This document shows positions 34,850 to 44,720 of a stretch of DNA of 64,000 bases, one piece after another. Within the stretch, counting starts at the first letter, position 1. The number at the start of each line of letters is the position of its first letter. The DNA is from Eledone cirrhosa (Eukaryota): the NCBI GenBank assembly GCA_964016885.1, contig OZ024741.1, positions 5,208,001-5,272,000 of the forward strand, given 5' to 3'. The position numbers and the translations under genes were made by a program. The notes under the pieces were generated by a model, which was not told the origin of the DNA, made no database searches, and was given only the letters and a program-made list of their open reading frames with translations.

Positions 34850-35515
34850 GCATTACCAATTTTCTGGGTGGGCAATGACAAGAGGCTGGGTAGAGTAGGT
34901 ATTATGTTAGAAAAATGGGAAAATAAGTTAATTGCAGTAAACAGACTGAACAAGAGAATCATTAACCCTTTAGCATTTAAACCGGCCATATCCAGCCAGA
35001 ATTCTCTCTCCTCTTTCTGCTCAAACCAGCTGTAATCGGCTACTCATACTGATGTTAAGGTATTGTTTACAAAATAAATAATATCAAAATCTCACAGATT
35101 CGGTATAAAGTGAGATAATTATACAAGATAAAGACTTTACCACGAAAATACAACAGTATATATAGAGTAATGTAAATGCTAAAGGGTTAAACTTAGACTT
35201 GTACTAAATAGAACTGTAACAATTATATCTGCATATAGACTGTCAGATGAACTAAAAGATGTTAAAAATCCCTAATGAGTGATGGTGACTTAATAATCAT
35301 TGCAGGTGACTTTAATGGGAATGTTGGGCAACATTATGTTTGTTTCTACGGAGTCCACAGAGGTTTTGGGTTTGGTGTGAGGAAGGTTTCAGGCTCCTGG
35401 AATTCTGCAACGCCAATGATCTAATTATCTGTGATACAAACTTAAAAAATAGACAATCATTTATCACCTATAGATCAGGTGAGCATGTCAGCCAGATAGA
35501 TTTTATCTTCCTATG
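34850..35515 (+). pseudogene. Degraded APE-type endonuclease of an RTE-clade LINE, interrupted by a MITE
   Basis: Translatable pieces: FWVGNDKRLGRVGIMLEKWENKLIAVNRLNKRII|KLRLVLNRTVTIISAY, IIIAGDFNGNVG and EEGFRLLEFCNANDLIICDTN..ITYRSGEHVSQIDFI (GDFN and IDF/IDY APE motifs). Confidence 0.85.
34966..35186. mobile_element. 221-bp piggyBac-type MITE
   Basis: TTAA on both sides (34962-34965, 35187-35190) and perfect 14-bp TIRs CCCTTTAGCATTTA / TAAATGCTAAAGGG. Removing it restores the host reading frame R-I-I-K-L-R-L-V. Confidence 0.9.
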
Positions 35516-35744
35516 TGTTCAAAATGAAATGAAACAAACATGTATAGGACACAATAGTCTGCACCAATCTTCTCTTTACCCTTCACCTGTTTTAATAAAT
35601 TGCTCTCACCAGCTAAATATCCCATGCATTTTGTCCATGTTGAACTTGTTTACTTGACATCCCCTCACCACTGATACACCTTGCCTCCCCTACCCAAGCA
35701 TGACAGCTGGTTATACTCTACATCTGATCTCCCACAATGCCATT

Positions 35745-36076
35745 GCCATGACAAAAAATATTAAGTCACTCTATATGCTGATCCAGTGACATAACAAAAA
35801 GCACCAGGTCCATCCTGTAAGGTGGTCGTGCTGGTGACACAACAAAAACCACCCAGTCCACTCTGTTATGTGGTTGTTTCAGTGCCATGATAAAAAGCAC
35901 CCAGTCCACACTGTAACATGGTTGGTGTTAGGTAGAGCATCAAGCTGTTGAAACCAAGCCAAAATACAGATCTGTATAAGCATGACATGTTCTCTGGACC
36001 TGACTTGTCTCATAATGTGACATGTCTAACCCATGCTAGCATAGAAAAATAGACATTAAATGATGATGATGATGAT
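35745..36076 (+). mobile_element. RTE-family 3' UTR/tail fragment (or RTE-tailed SINE) ending in (TGA)n
   Basis: Similar to the reverse complement of 38554-38830 (ggttggtgttagg..gcatc.agctgt.gaaa.caagccaaa; gtctaacccatgctagc). Carries ~45-50-bp subrepeats containing aaaaagcaccc and a (TGA)n tail at 36061-36076. Confidence 0.7.
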
Positions 36077-36078
36077 TT

Positions 36079-36089
36079 ATCTCTCTCTC

Positions 36090-36173
<84 letters not shown>

Positions 36174-36192
36174 TGTGTGTGTACGTGTGTGT
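36079..36192. repeat. Compound microsatellite (TC)n(TA)n(TG)n
   Basis: Directly visible. It explains the CV/HT low-complexity ORFs. Confidence 0.97.
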
Positions 36193-36231
36193 ATGCACAT
36201 TATATATATTTATCTATGTGCGTATGCATAT

Positions 36232-36407
36232 ATCATCATCATCATTTTACGTCCGGTTTTCCCTGCCTGCAAGGGTGGGATGGGTCCTATTCAGCACAGC
36301 ATCTCTCCACTTGTCACGGTCCTTCGTCATCTCCTCCGTCAGTTTCAGGGATCTGAAGTCTGTTCTCACCACCTCCGCCTATGATCTTCATGGTCTTCCT
36401 CTACTGC
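36232..36407 (-). mobile_element. Heavily 5'-truncated RTE LINE 3' end
   Basis: The minus strand translates to SRGRP*RS*AEVVRTDFRSLKLTEEMTKDRDKWRDAV (RTE ORF C-terminus, cf. GRPKMTWDEVIKADL...DRDFWRHAV at 38860-39111), followed by ggacgtaaaa(TGA)n. Confidence 0.8.
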
Positions 36408-36552
36408 GTCTTCAATAATACAGCTGTGTTTGTTTTATATGGCTTGCCAAGCTGCTAGGGCACTAGCGAGGAAGAACAGATTTTATATCAGTGTCAACTC
36501 TACTAAAGGCACCGAAAATATAGATTTCACAACTTTAGTCCTTTCATTATCA

Positions 36553-36733
36553 ATTGGCAGTATCGGTAGAGGGTCAGACGCCATGCTTTCCAGCATAGTT
36601 ACGTCCCTTTATGGTCTGAGTTCAAATCCTGCCGAGGTTGACTTTGCCTTTCATCCTTACGGGGTCGATAAAATAAAGTACCAGTAATGCACTGGGTAAT
36701 TGCTGGCCTTGTGCCTAAAGTAGAAACAATTAT
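36553..36733 (+). mobile_element. tRNA-derived SINE (twin of the 25995-26178 copy)
   Basis: A-box TGGCAGTATCGG, B-box GAGTTCAAATCC, and the same body and tail as the satellite-embedded copy. Confidence 0.88.
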
Positions 36734-36757
36734 CATATTTCTAATGAAAGGCACTGT

Positions 36758-36837
<80 letters not shown>

Positions 36838-36917
36838 ACTACTACTACTACTACTACTGCTATCACTACTGCTGCTACTTCTGCTACTGCTCTGCTACTA
36901 CTACTACCACCACCACC

Positions 36918-36969
<52 letters not shown>

Positions 36970-36993
36970 GTACTACTACTGCTGCTGCTGCTG

Positions 36994-37024
<31 letters not shown>

Positions 37025-37995
37025 GCCCCACCACCACCACGCCCCGCCACCACCACCACCACGCCCCGCCACCACCACCACCACCACCACTGTCACCACC
37101 ACCACTGTCACCACCACCACTGTCACCACCACCACTGTCACCACCACTGTCACCACCACCACCACTGTCACCACCACCACCACCACCACCACTGTCACCA
37201 CCACCACCACCACTGTCATCACCACCACCACCACCACTGTCCCCACCACCACCACCACTGTCACCACCACTACCACCGCCGCCACCGCCGCCACCACCAC
37301 CACTACCACTACCACCACCACCACACCACCACCACCACCATACCACCACTACCACCACCACCACCACAACACCATACCACCACCACCACCACCACAACCA
37401 CTGTCACCACCACCACCACCACCACCACCACCACCACCACCACCACCACCACTGTCACCACCACCACCACCACCACTACCACCACCACCACCACACCACC
37501 ACCACACCACCACCACCACCACTGTCCCCACCACCACCACCACCACCACCACTACCACCACCACCACCACCACCACACCACCACCACCACTGTCACCACC
37601 ACCACACCACCACCACCACCACACCACCACCACCACCACACCACCACTGTCCCCACCACCACCACCACTACCACCACCACCACCACACCACCACCACCAC
37701 CACACCACCACCACCACCACTGTCACCACCACCACACCACCACACCACCACACCACCACCACCACCACCACACCACCACTATCCCCACCACCACCACCAC
37801 TACCACCACACCACCACCACCACCACACCACCACCACCACCACACCACCACTGTCCCCACCACCACCACCACCACCATCACCACCACCACCACCACCACC
37901 ACCACCACACCACCACCACCACCACCACCACCACACCACCACCACCACCACTGTCACCACCACCACACCACCACCACCACCACCACACCACCTAC
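36758..37995. repeat. ~1.2-kb compound trinucleotide repeat (CTA)n/(CTG)n/(CCA)n
   Basis: Directly visible. The CCA tract is punctuated by ccactgtc and ccacacc variants. It produces the spurious poly-T/P/H/V/W ORFs. Confidence 0.97.
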
Positions 37996-38149
37996 CTGTT
38001 TATCAAGTAGTAACCACCAGTATGTTGTTTATAGTCAACTTCAATACAGTAGCAGAACTGCTGTCTCTTCTGTACTAAACAAACTAGTTCAGTGTGCCAA
38101 CTAGTTCACAGTGGATCATTTTATATCTATGTAGATCTGTATGTCTGCT

Positions 38150-38262
<113 letters not shown>

Positions 38263-38553
38263 AAATGAAAAGTATAGAAATTGTTGTAGCGAGAAGCTAA
38301 CAGTATTCCATAACATATATGCGACTATAGAGTCAAAATGGGAAAATAGTTAACGTAAGATATGGGAAAAATAATTCAGACTCAATTCAAAAGGAATCAG
38401 GATATAGATTTATCCAACAGAATTTAGAGAAATCCAGGGAAAAATCAATAGAGCCTTAACTCATGATAAAACAAAGGCTAAAGTACTCAACCTTCAATTT
38501 GGGACAACTTCAAATGCTCTGTATAGTCTTGAAAAGACTATACTATATATAAT

Positions 38554-40127
38554 ATCATCATCATCATCATCATCACCGTTTTACGTCCGTTCTTCCACGC
38601 TAGCATGGGTTAGACGGGTTGTCCTGTTGTGGGCAGTGTCTGGTCGGCTGACCATGCCTTGCTCATACAGGAACTGATTTGGCTTGATTTCTACAGCTGG
38701 ATGCCCTTCCTAACACCAACCTCATTTACAGTGAGTGCTGGGTGCTTTTTCGTGGCGCCTACACGTCCACTTTACAGTGTGGGCTGGGTGCTTTTTTGCC
38801 GTGGCACCTCCACGACCACTTTGCAGTGGGAGAGTGTGGGGGCATATTGTCTATATGCTTCAGCTTGTACCCATGGGAGGTCGGGTACTCTGTATTACTG
38901 CGTGACGCCAGAAGTCACGGTCGTGTGTCATTGTCTTTGAGAGGTGTAATTGGGTAAGGTCGGCTTTTATCACCTCATCCCAGGTCATCTTGGGTCTCCC
39001 CACTCCGCGGTTTCCATCAACTTCTAGTGCTCTGCACCTTTTTATGCAGCTGTCATCCTTCATATCATCACATGTCCATACCAGCGCAACCGCCTCTCCT
39101 GCACACAGCATTTGATTCCTCTTATGCTCAGTCTCTCTCTCAATTCATTTATGCTTTGTCGTTCACGTATATTACTGTTACACATCCATCGGAGCATGCA
39201 GGCTTCGTTTCTCTCTAATCTACGTAAATCTTCCACCTTCAGCGCCCAGGTCTTACTACCATGTAACATTGCTGTTCGGATACACACATCATACAGTCTG
39301 CCTTTCATTCTGAGGGAGAAGCCTTTTGCAGCTAGCAGTGGTAGTAGTTCCCTAAACTTCTTCCATCCCGTTCTTACCCTAGTTATTGTACTTTCTGAAC
39401 ACCCACCTCCGCTGCTAATTCGGTCACCTAGGTAGCAGAAGCTGTCTACTGTTTCTACAGAGCCCTCCCAGAGATTGGTGGTACTTGTTTCCTGTGGCTG
39501 TTTGCTGCTTGCTGTCTCATCACAGCTGCTGCATGTGAAGCCTACATTCTTAATTAAGCTTCCTGAGATCCCGCTACATCTCTTGTGTACCCATTGTTTG
39601 CATTTGGGGCAGAGAATGGAGTTCCTACCTACACATTTCCTACATACTGAGCAAGGCCATTTCCCTGAGGGGATCTGGGTTCTGTTTTCTCGTCTACTTA
39701 CAAGGACCTTAGTCTTTGTCAGGTTGACTTTGAGCCCCATTCTTTCTAGTCTCTGCTTCCAAGTTTGGAATTTCTTCTCTAGTAGTTCTACCATTGATTC
39801 AGCTATAAGTGCGAGGTCATCAGCATACAGGAGTTCCCATGGGCATCCGGTAAACTCCTCCGTTATTGCCTGCAGGACTATGATGAACAGGAGAGGGCTA
39901 AGAACAGAACCCTGGTGGACACCAACCTGTACGCTAAATTCCTCGCTATACTCATTGCTAATCCTAACTTTGCTGACTGCTCCCCTATACATGGCTTGTA
40001 CCGCTTTCACAAGCCATTCATCTACTAGTTTTCTAAGAGCCCACCAGATTACAGCACGTGGAACTCTGTCAAAGGCTTTCTCAAGGTCGACAAATGCCAA
40101 GTAGAGTGGCTTACTTTTAGCTAGGTA
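38554..40127 (-). mobile_element. 5'-truncated RTE-clade non-LTR retrotransposon with 3' UTR and (TGA)n tail
   Basis: RT ORF 39060-40100 plus a frameshifted C-terminus (38860-39111), a 3' UTR with ~47-bp subrepeats, and (ATC)n at 38554-38575. The 5' end is lost at a (TA)n tract near 40127. Confidence 0.93.
38860..40100 (-). pseudogene. RTE reverse transcriptase (partial, frameshifted) with internal PHD-type Zn finger
   Basis: Motifs FVDLEKAFDRV, GVHQGSVLSPLLF, LLYADDLAL, GLKVNLTKTKV, VDSFCYLG, RRLRWYGHV and GRPKMTW. Cys/His cluster CSVC-x10-CPKC-x4-HKRC-x14-CSSC. Confidence 0.9.
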
Positions 40128-40201
40128 TATATATATATGTTTCTCTCAAGCTATATTCCAGGTGCCAACAGACAGATTCACACACACACACATATATATA
40201 T

Positions 40202-42131
40202 ATAACTTTGATAACTTTGATAACTTTGATAGGTTTCGGCCAGTATTGGCCCAGGCCATGTCTAACTTAATAGCACCACCTGGCGAAGTCTTACAAATCA
40301 GTGTTTGGGCACCATGGCCCACTCGAGCAGAGAGTTATTGTTTACGGAGGCATATCCGGGTGTAGGAGGCTTATCCGGGATTTCTTGAAGGAATTTATCC
40401 AAAGACTTCTTGAACTTGATGGGGTCTGTCTCTGCTTTGATGTGTTTTGGTGTAATGTTAAAGAGTGCAGGGCCAATTGAGATGAGATAATTGTGCCGTA
40501 TTGTTGTTATGTGATGCGAGTGGGATTTTTGTCGTGGGCAGATAGCACGGGGCCCAAGCCTTGGGTGTACACTAAAGGTGATGCCAACATCATTTGGGCT
40601 AAGCTGATGGAATATTTTCCACATCATACAGATAATGTAGCGCTCACGGCGACGTTGGAGAGAATAAAGTTTGAGCTTTTCTAAAGGACCCCAATAGTCA
40701 AGGCCTGTCATGCCATCTATCTTTTTTGTAATTGACATTTGAGGTGCTTCAACTTTCATGATACTTTGTTTCGTGTGGGGTGACCACAGTGGACAACAGT
40801 ATTTAAGGTGGGGTTGGGCAAAAGTGGAGAAGAGAAGGACAACAGTGTGGATATCTCTCGATTGGAAAGTTCTGAGAATCCAGTAACACATTCTGCGGGC
40901 CATATCAACTTTGCTGTTTATATGAGTGGCCCAGCTTATATTGTTGTCCACAATTACTCCCAGGTCCCTGATGTTATTGGAAGCCACTAGAGTTTCACCC
41001 AAAGGAAGAGAGTATGGTAGTTTCAGGGCATCCTTTTTTCCAAAGTGGATTAGTTCAAATTTATCCTCATTCAACACCATATTATTCATCTCTGCCCATT
41101 GGATAACAGCCAGTAGGTCTGACTGAAGGCAAGTCCGGTCACCCGCCTCATTGATGACCCTTTGGAGCTTGGAATCATCTGCGAAGATTCTAATGTTACT
41201 GTGTTTGATGATGTCAGTAATGTCATTAATGTAGATGATGAAAAGAAGTGGGCCCAACACAGTGCCTTGTGGGACGCCACTGCTGAATTTGGCAGGGCTT
41301 GATTTTACTCCTTCGACTACAACATGCTGGGTTCTGCCTGTCAGGAAACATTTGATCCACTGTAGTAACCTTCCAGAGACACCAACATTGGATAGTTTGT
41401 TCAGTAGAATCTTATGATCAACCCTGTCGAAGGCCTTGCTGAAATCAAAGTAGATGACATCAGTGTTGGAGCCCTCTCCCAAGGCTCTCAAAACATCGTC
41501 AAAGTGATGCAGGAGCTGCGTTAGGCAGTCCCTTCCATTACGGAATCCATGTTGGTTGGAGTTCAGCAGGCCGTTGCTTTCAAGAAAGTGGGTTATTCGT
41601 GATCTCACCACCCTCTCAAATACCGTGATAATATGAGAGGTGAGTGAGATCGGACGGTAGTTCACTGCAAGGGACTTATTTCCCTTTTTGAAGACTGGGA
41701 CAACAGACTGGGACAGAAAGTTTTCAGAAATATAGCCAGTGTCCAGTGAGTTCCTCCACAGATTAGCAAGAGGAGTTGCAAGTTGGTGTCGACACACCTT
41801 CAGGACACAAGCAGGGAACCTGTCGGGGCCTACTGCTGAATTGTGTTTAATTTCGTTTATTGCCGCTAAGACATCAGGGGCGCCAAACGTTATGTCTGAT
41901 ATAGTGTGTTGGGGGTTAACATCACTGATACGGCCCAGATCGGCCATATCAGGGTTGCTGAAAACAGAGCAGTATCGTTTCTGCAGTATCTCGCCCATGA
42001 TTGTGGCATTGTCCTGGAGTGTGCCATTTTCATCAACTAGGGGCCAACAGTGGAGACGGTGACCTTGTGTTTTTTAACGAATGAGAAGAACACTTTGGGG
42101 TTGAGTTGGATTTTCTCAATGGCCACCTCTC
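40202..42131 (-). mobile_element. 5'-truncated CR1/L2-group LINE
   Basis: RT ORF below, upstream frameshifted piece AIEKIQLNPKVFFSFVK, short 3' UTR ending in a 9-bp tandem tail (ataactttg x3 on + strand, 40202-40231). Bounded by (TA)n/(CA)n on both sides. Confidence 0.9.
40298..41998 (-). CDS. Reverse transcriptase ORF2 (RT + C-terminal region, endonuclease missing) of a CR1/L2-type LINE, 566 aa open frame
   Basis: Motifs SAVGPD, VVPVFKKG, NYRPISLTS, QHGFR, DFSKAFDRVDH, GVPQGTVLGPLLF, FADD, IRDLGV and LYSLQRRRER. Confidence 0.9.
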   Translation of the reverse strand: MGEILQKRYCSVFSNPDMADLGRISDVNPQHTISDITFGAPDVLAAINEIKHNSAVGPDRFPACVLKVCRHQLATPLANLWRNSLDTGYISENFLSQSVVPVFKKGNKSLAVNYRPISLTSHIITVFERVVRSRITHFLESNGLLNSNQHGFRNGRDCLTQLLHHFDDVLRALGEGSNTDVIYFDFSKAFDRVDHKILLNKLSNVGVSGRLLQWIKCFLTGRTQHVVVEGVKSSPAKFSSGVPQGTVLGPLLFIIYINDITDIIKHSNIRIFADDSKLQRVINEAGDRTCLQSDLLAVIQWAEMNNMVLNEDKFELIHFGKKDALKLPYSLPLGETLVASNNIRDLGVIVDNNISWATHINSKVDMARRMCYWILRTFQSRDIHTVVLLFSTFAQPHLKYCCPLWSPHTKQSIMKVEAPQMSITKKIDGMTGLDYWGPLEKLKLYSLQRRRERYIICMMWKIFHQLSPNDVGITFSVHPRLGPRAICPRQKSHSHHITTIRHNYLISIGPALFNITPKHIKAETDPIKFKKSLDKFLQEIPDKPPTPGYASVNNNSLLEWAMVPKH

Positions 42132-42235
42132 TTATATATATATACACATATATATATATATAACAAAGGAATTGTGGTAAGGAACCAGATGGACCAGAGT
42201 ACTCAATACTTAGGGTAGTAGAGTGGGAAATACGA

Positions 42236-42347
42236 AAAAGTATGACCCCGTCGGCAGAGCTCAAGCCGTTTCGACGGCTATTTCTGGACTAAATTAGAAT
42301 TTTTAGCCTGGTGAATAAATAGCCGAACTTGTCAATGGGGTACTTCC
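42236..42347 (-). ncRNA. Inverted copy of the U3-A8 hammerhead, probably inactivated
   Basis: Same fold on the minus strand, but the cleavage triplet reads GAC instead of GTC and there is a mismatch in stem I next to the core. Confidence 0.55.
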
Positions 42348-43160
42348 TTATATGGGAAGATTGTAGTTGTCAAGAGGATTGGTTAACATTTGTTGTAAAC
42401 GCAAATAAGTCTATCATGGCATTTGGTGGGAGGTAGGGGTGGCTGAACTTGCCTGTAGAACAATAGGGGAGTGAGTGGAGCGGTCAAGCGTTGAAAGTGA
42501 TATGTATACAGCAGTTTCTAAGGATAGTGTATAAAGTGGGGGAGGGAGGTTATAGAATAGGTAAATCGAATGAGAGTAAGAGACAATAAAAGATAATAGA
42601 AAAAAATAATAGAAAAAATGATACCCCCCACTTGCCGAATAAGTTAGGGGAAACGCCAGCTTACTTAGGTAGATGTATCTCTTTTCTTTTCTTTTCCTCT
42701 TTGTCTCATCCTATCACTTCCTTCCACCCCCTATTTTCTTCCTCGTCTGCTTTTCCCCTTTCGCCTACCCCGATGCAGCCCATCGGGCCTCTGTAGCATC
42801 AGTTTTTTCTAATTTCAACTTATTAACCTGTTATTGTAAGATAGCATCGTGATTTTTTTTTTAATTCATTTCTCACTATATATATTTTTTTTTTTCTATT
42901 ATTTTTTTCTATTATCTTTTATTGTCTCTTACTCTAATTCGATTTACCTATTCTATAACCTCCCACCCCCACTTTATACACTATCCTTAGAAACTGCTGT
43001 ATACATATCACTTTCAACGCTTGACCGCTCCACTCACTCCCCTATTGTTCTACAGGCAAGTTCAGCCACCCCTACCTCCCACCAAATGCCATGATAGACT
43101 TATTTGTGTTTACAACAAATTTTAACCAATCCTCTTGACAACTACAATCTTCCCATATAA

Positions 43161-43272
43161 GGAAGTACCTCCTTGACAAGTTCGGCTATTTATTCGCCAG
43201 GCTAAAAATTCTAATTTAGTCCAGAAATAGCCGTCGAAACGGCTTGAGCTCTGCCGTCGGGGTCATACTTTT
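43161..43272 (+). ncRNA. Type I hammerhead ribozyme, U3-A8 core variant
   Basis: Stem I ctcc/gggg plus aagta/tactt. Core TTGACAA-G (43173-43180). Stem II cggctattt/aaatagccg. C-GAAA (43235-43239). Stem III ACGGC/GCCGT with loop TTGAGCTCT. GTC cleavage triplet ending at 43258. Confidence 0.72.
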
Positions 43273-43315
43273 TCCTATATATATATATATATATAGGAAA
43301 AAGTATGACCCCGAC
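43256..43315. repeat. Perfect 60-bp palindrome: 20-bp arm + (TA)10 + 20-bp arm
   Basis: gtcggggtcatactttttcc-(ta)10-ggaaaaagtatgaccccgac. Confidence 0.95.
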
Positions 43316-44499
43316 CTCTCCATGGGATCGTTGACAGTGCTGACTTATGTGACTTGGTTGGCCTTTTTATCTTAGACATTACGTGTTAGATTCCCGGACT
43401 TCCACACGGGAATATACCGTGACGATGGACTGACTTTATCGAGCCATAAAAGTCGTCACGACCTCGACCGGTTTAAAAAAGACTTAGCTTCTACCTTCAA
43501 TGAGTTAGGCCTTAGGATAACAGTAGCTACCAACCTCTCTAGCGTAGATTTCTTATACATTAATTTAGACCTTCACACACACACCCATAGACCCTTCCAT
43601 AAGCTAAACGAGAAACTTAATTACATTCACAAGGACTCATGCCACCCTCCCACTGTTTTTAGAAACTTCGTTAAGAATATCAGTACTAGAATCTCAAACC
43701 TCTCCTCTAATAAGGCTATCTTTGACAGGGCGGCACCCTACTATAACACGGCATTGGCTAACAGCAGCTTCTCACAACCTATCACTTACTCTCCCACTAG
43801 CAACAACACCATTAAGAAAAATAAGCGCAACAATAGACAAATTATCTGCTTCTCTCCTTCCTTCTCACTCAACGTTAAAACCAATGTAGGAAAAAATGTC
43901 TAGCCCTCTTAGATAGACACTTTCCCATAGGTCATAAATACCGCTCCATCTTTAACCGACACAAAGTTAAACTAGGATACTCCTGCGCTAAGAACATGAA
44001 GGCCCACATCACCAGCAACCCTAGGTGCAACACCCCACCAGGGTGCTCTTGCCGTAAGCCTGAAGCTTGCCCCCTTCAACAGCAATGCAACACACCAGCT
44101 GTAATCTATGAAGCTGTGGTCACTTCCAACCGACCAAACGAACCACAGGAGGTCAAATCCTATGTGGGCATGGTGGAGGGCCGATACAAGGAGCGTTTCC
44201 TGAACCACCAGTCTACCTTCAGATACCCGGACAGACGTTCATCCACGAAACTCGCGAGCCACGTATGGTCCCTCAAGGACTCAAGTATAGGCTACTCCAT
44301 TCAATGGAAAGCCATCACTAAGTTCAAGCCATACGCAAGGGGAAATCCGACGTGTGGCTTATGTATTGATGAACGAATAACTATCCTAAAGAGATAACAC
44401 AATAGTGATTGCCTAAACACGAGAAGTGAATTTTTCACACGTTGTCCACACGTCACCAAACATCTATTGCATAACTACAAGGCTCCGGATTCTTTGTAA
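43316..44499 (+). pseudogene. Penelope-like element ORF remnant (RT + C-terminal GIY-YIG endonuclease), Naiad-like
   Basis: Pieces MGS..DSADLCDLVGLFIL, GIYRDDGL, RPFHK.NEKLNYIHKDSCHPP, then CSCRKPEACPLQQQC..VIYEAVV..SYVG..KERFLNH..STKLASHVW..CGLCIDE..LNTRSEFFTRCPH. Frameshifts and a TAA stop are present. Confidence 0.88.
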
Positions 44500-44662
44500 T
44501 TTTATTTTTAATTTAATTTTAATTTTATTTTCAACCTAAAAACTTTCCGGACTTTCGCAGTTATCTCCCTTACACCTCTCGCACGCAGTCTAGTATTGCC
44601 TGTGTGAAGTAACCGAGTTTCTGCGCATGCGCGTTCGTACGGTTGTCCTTACTGTTCCTATA

Positions 44663-44720
44663 ACCATACACATCCCGAGCTGAAGATCCGATAAGGTGAA
44701 ACAATTGTTCTCGGTATGGT
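44663..44720 (+). ncRNA. Minimal type I hammerhead ribozyme in the Penelope 3' pLTR
   Basis: accata..ccgag CTGAAGA tcc-gataa-ggt GAAA c-aatt-g TT ctcgg tatggt. Stem I ccgag/ctcgg plus accata/tatggt, canonical CUGANGA and GAAA, palindromic short stem III (ACAATTGT), predicted cut after GUU at 44709. Confidence 0.8.

Larger units (their letters stand above)
42234..43274. repeat. ~385-bp inverted repeat pair (arms 42234-42618 and 42890-43274) with a ~270-bp pyrimidine-rich spacer; resembles a Penelope pLTR/retrozyme-type unit
   Basis: The arms are near-perfect reverse complements, e.g. aagtatgaccccgtcggcagagctcaagccgtttcgacggctatttctgg vs ccagaaatagccgtcgaaacggcttgagctctgccgtcggggtcatactt. Confidence 0.93.

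Noticed and set aside
36687-38078. 463-aa mucin/extensin-like ORF and antisense poly-V/G/W ORFs
   Set aside because: Open frames arise from stop-free trinucleotide repeats, and the start lies inside a SINE.
39112-40104. Plus-strand ORFs of 107 and 209 aa (and small ORFs antisense to the CR1 RT)
   Set aside because: Antisense shadows of RT coding sequence with no recognisable motifs.
43996-44499. Selenocysteine-encoding Naiad (UGA recoding + SECIS)
   Set aside because: Cys positions are ordinary TGY codons and the internal stop at ~44395 is TAA, not TGA; no SECIS recognised.
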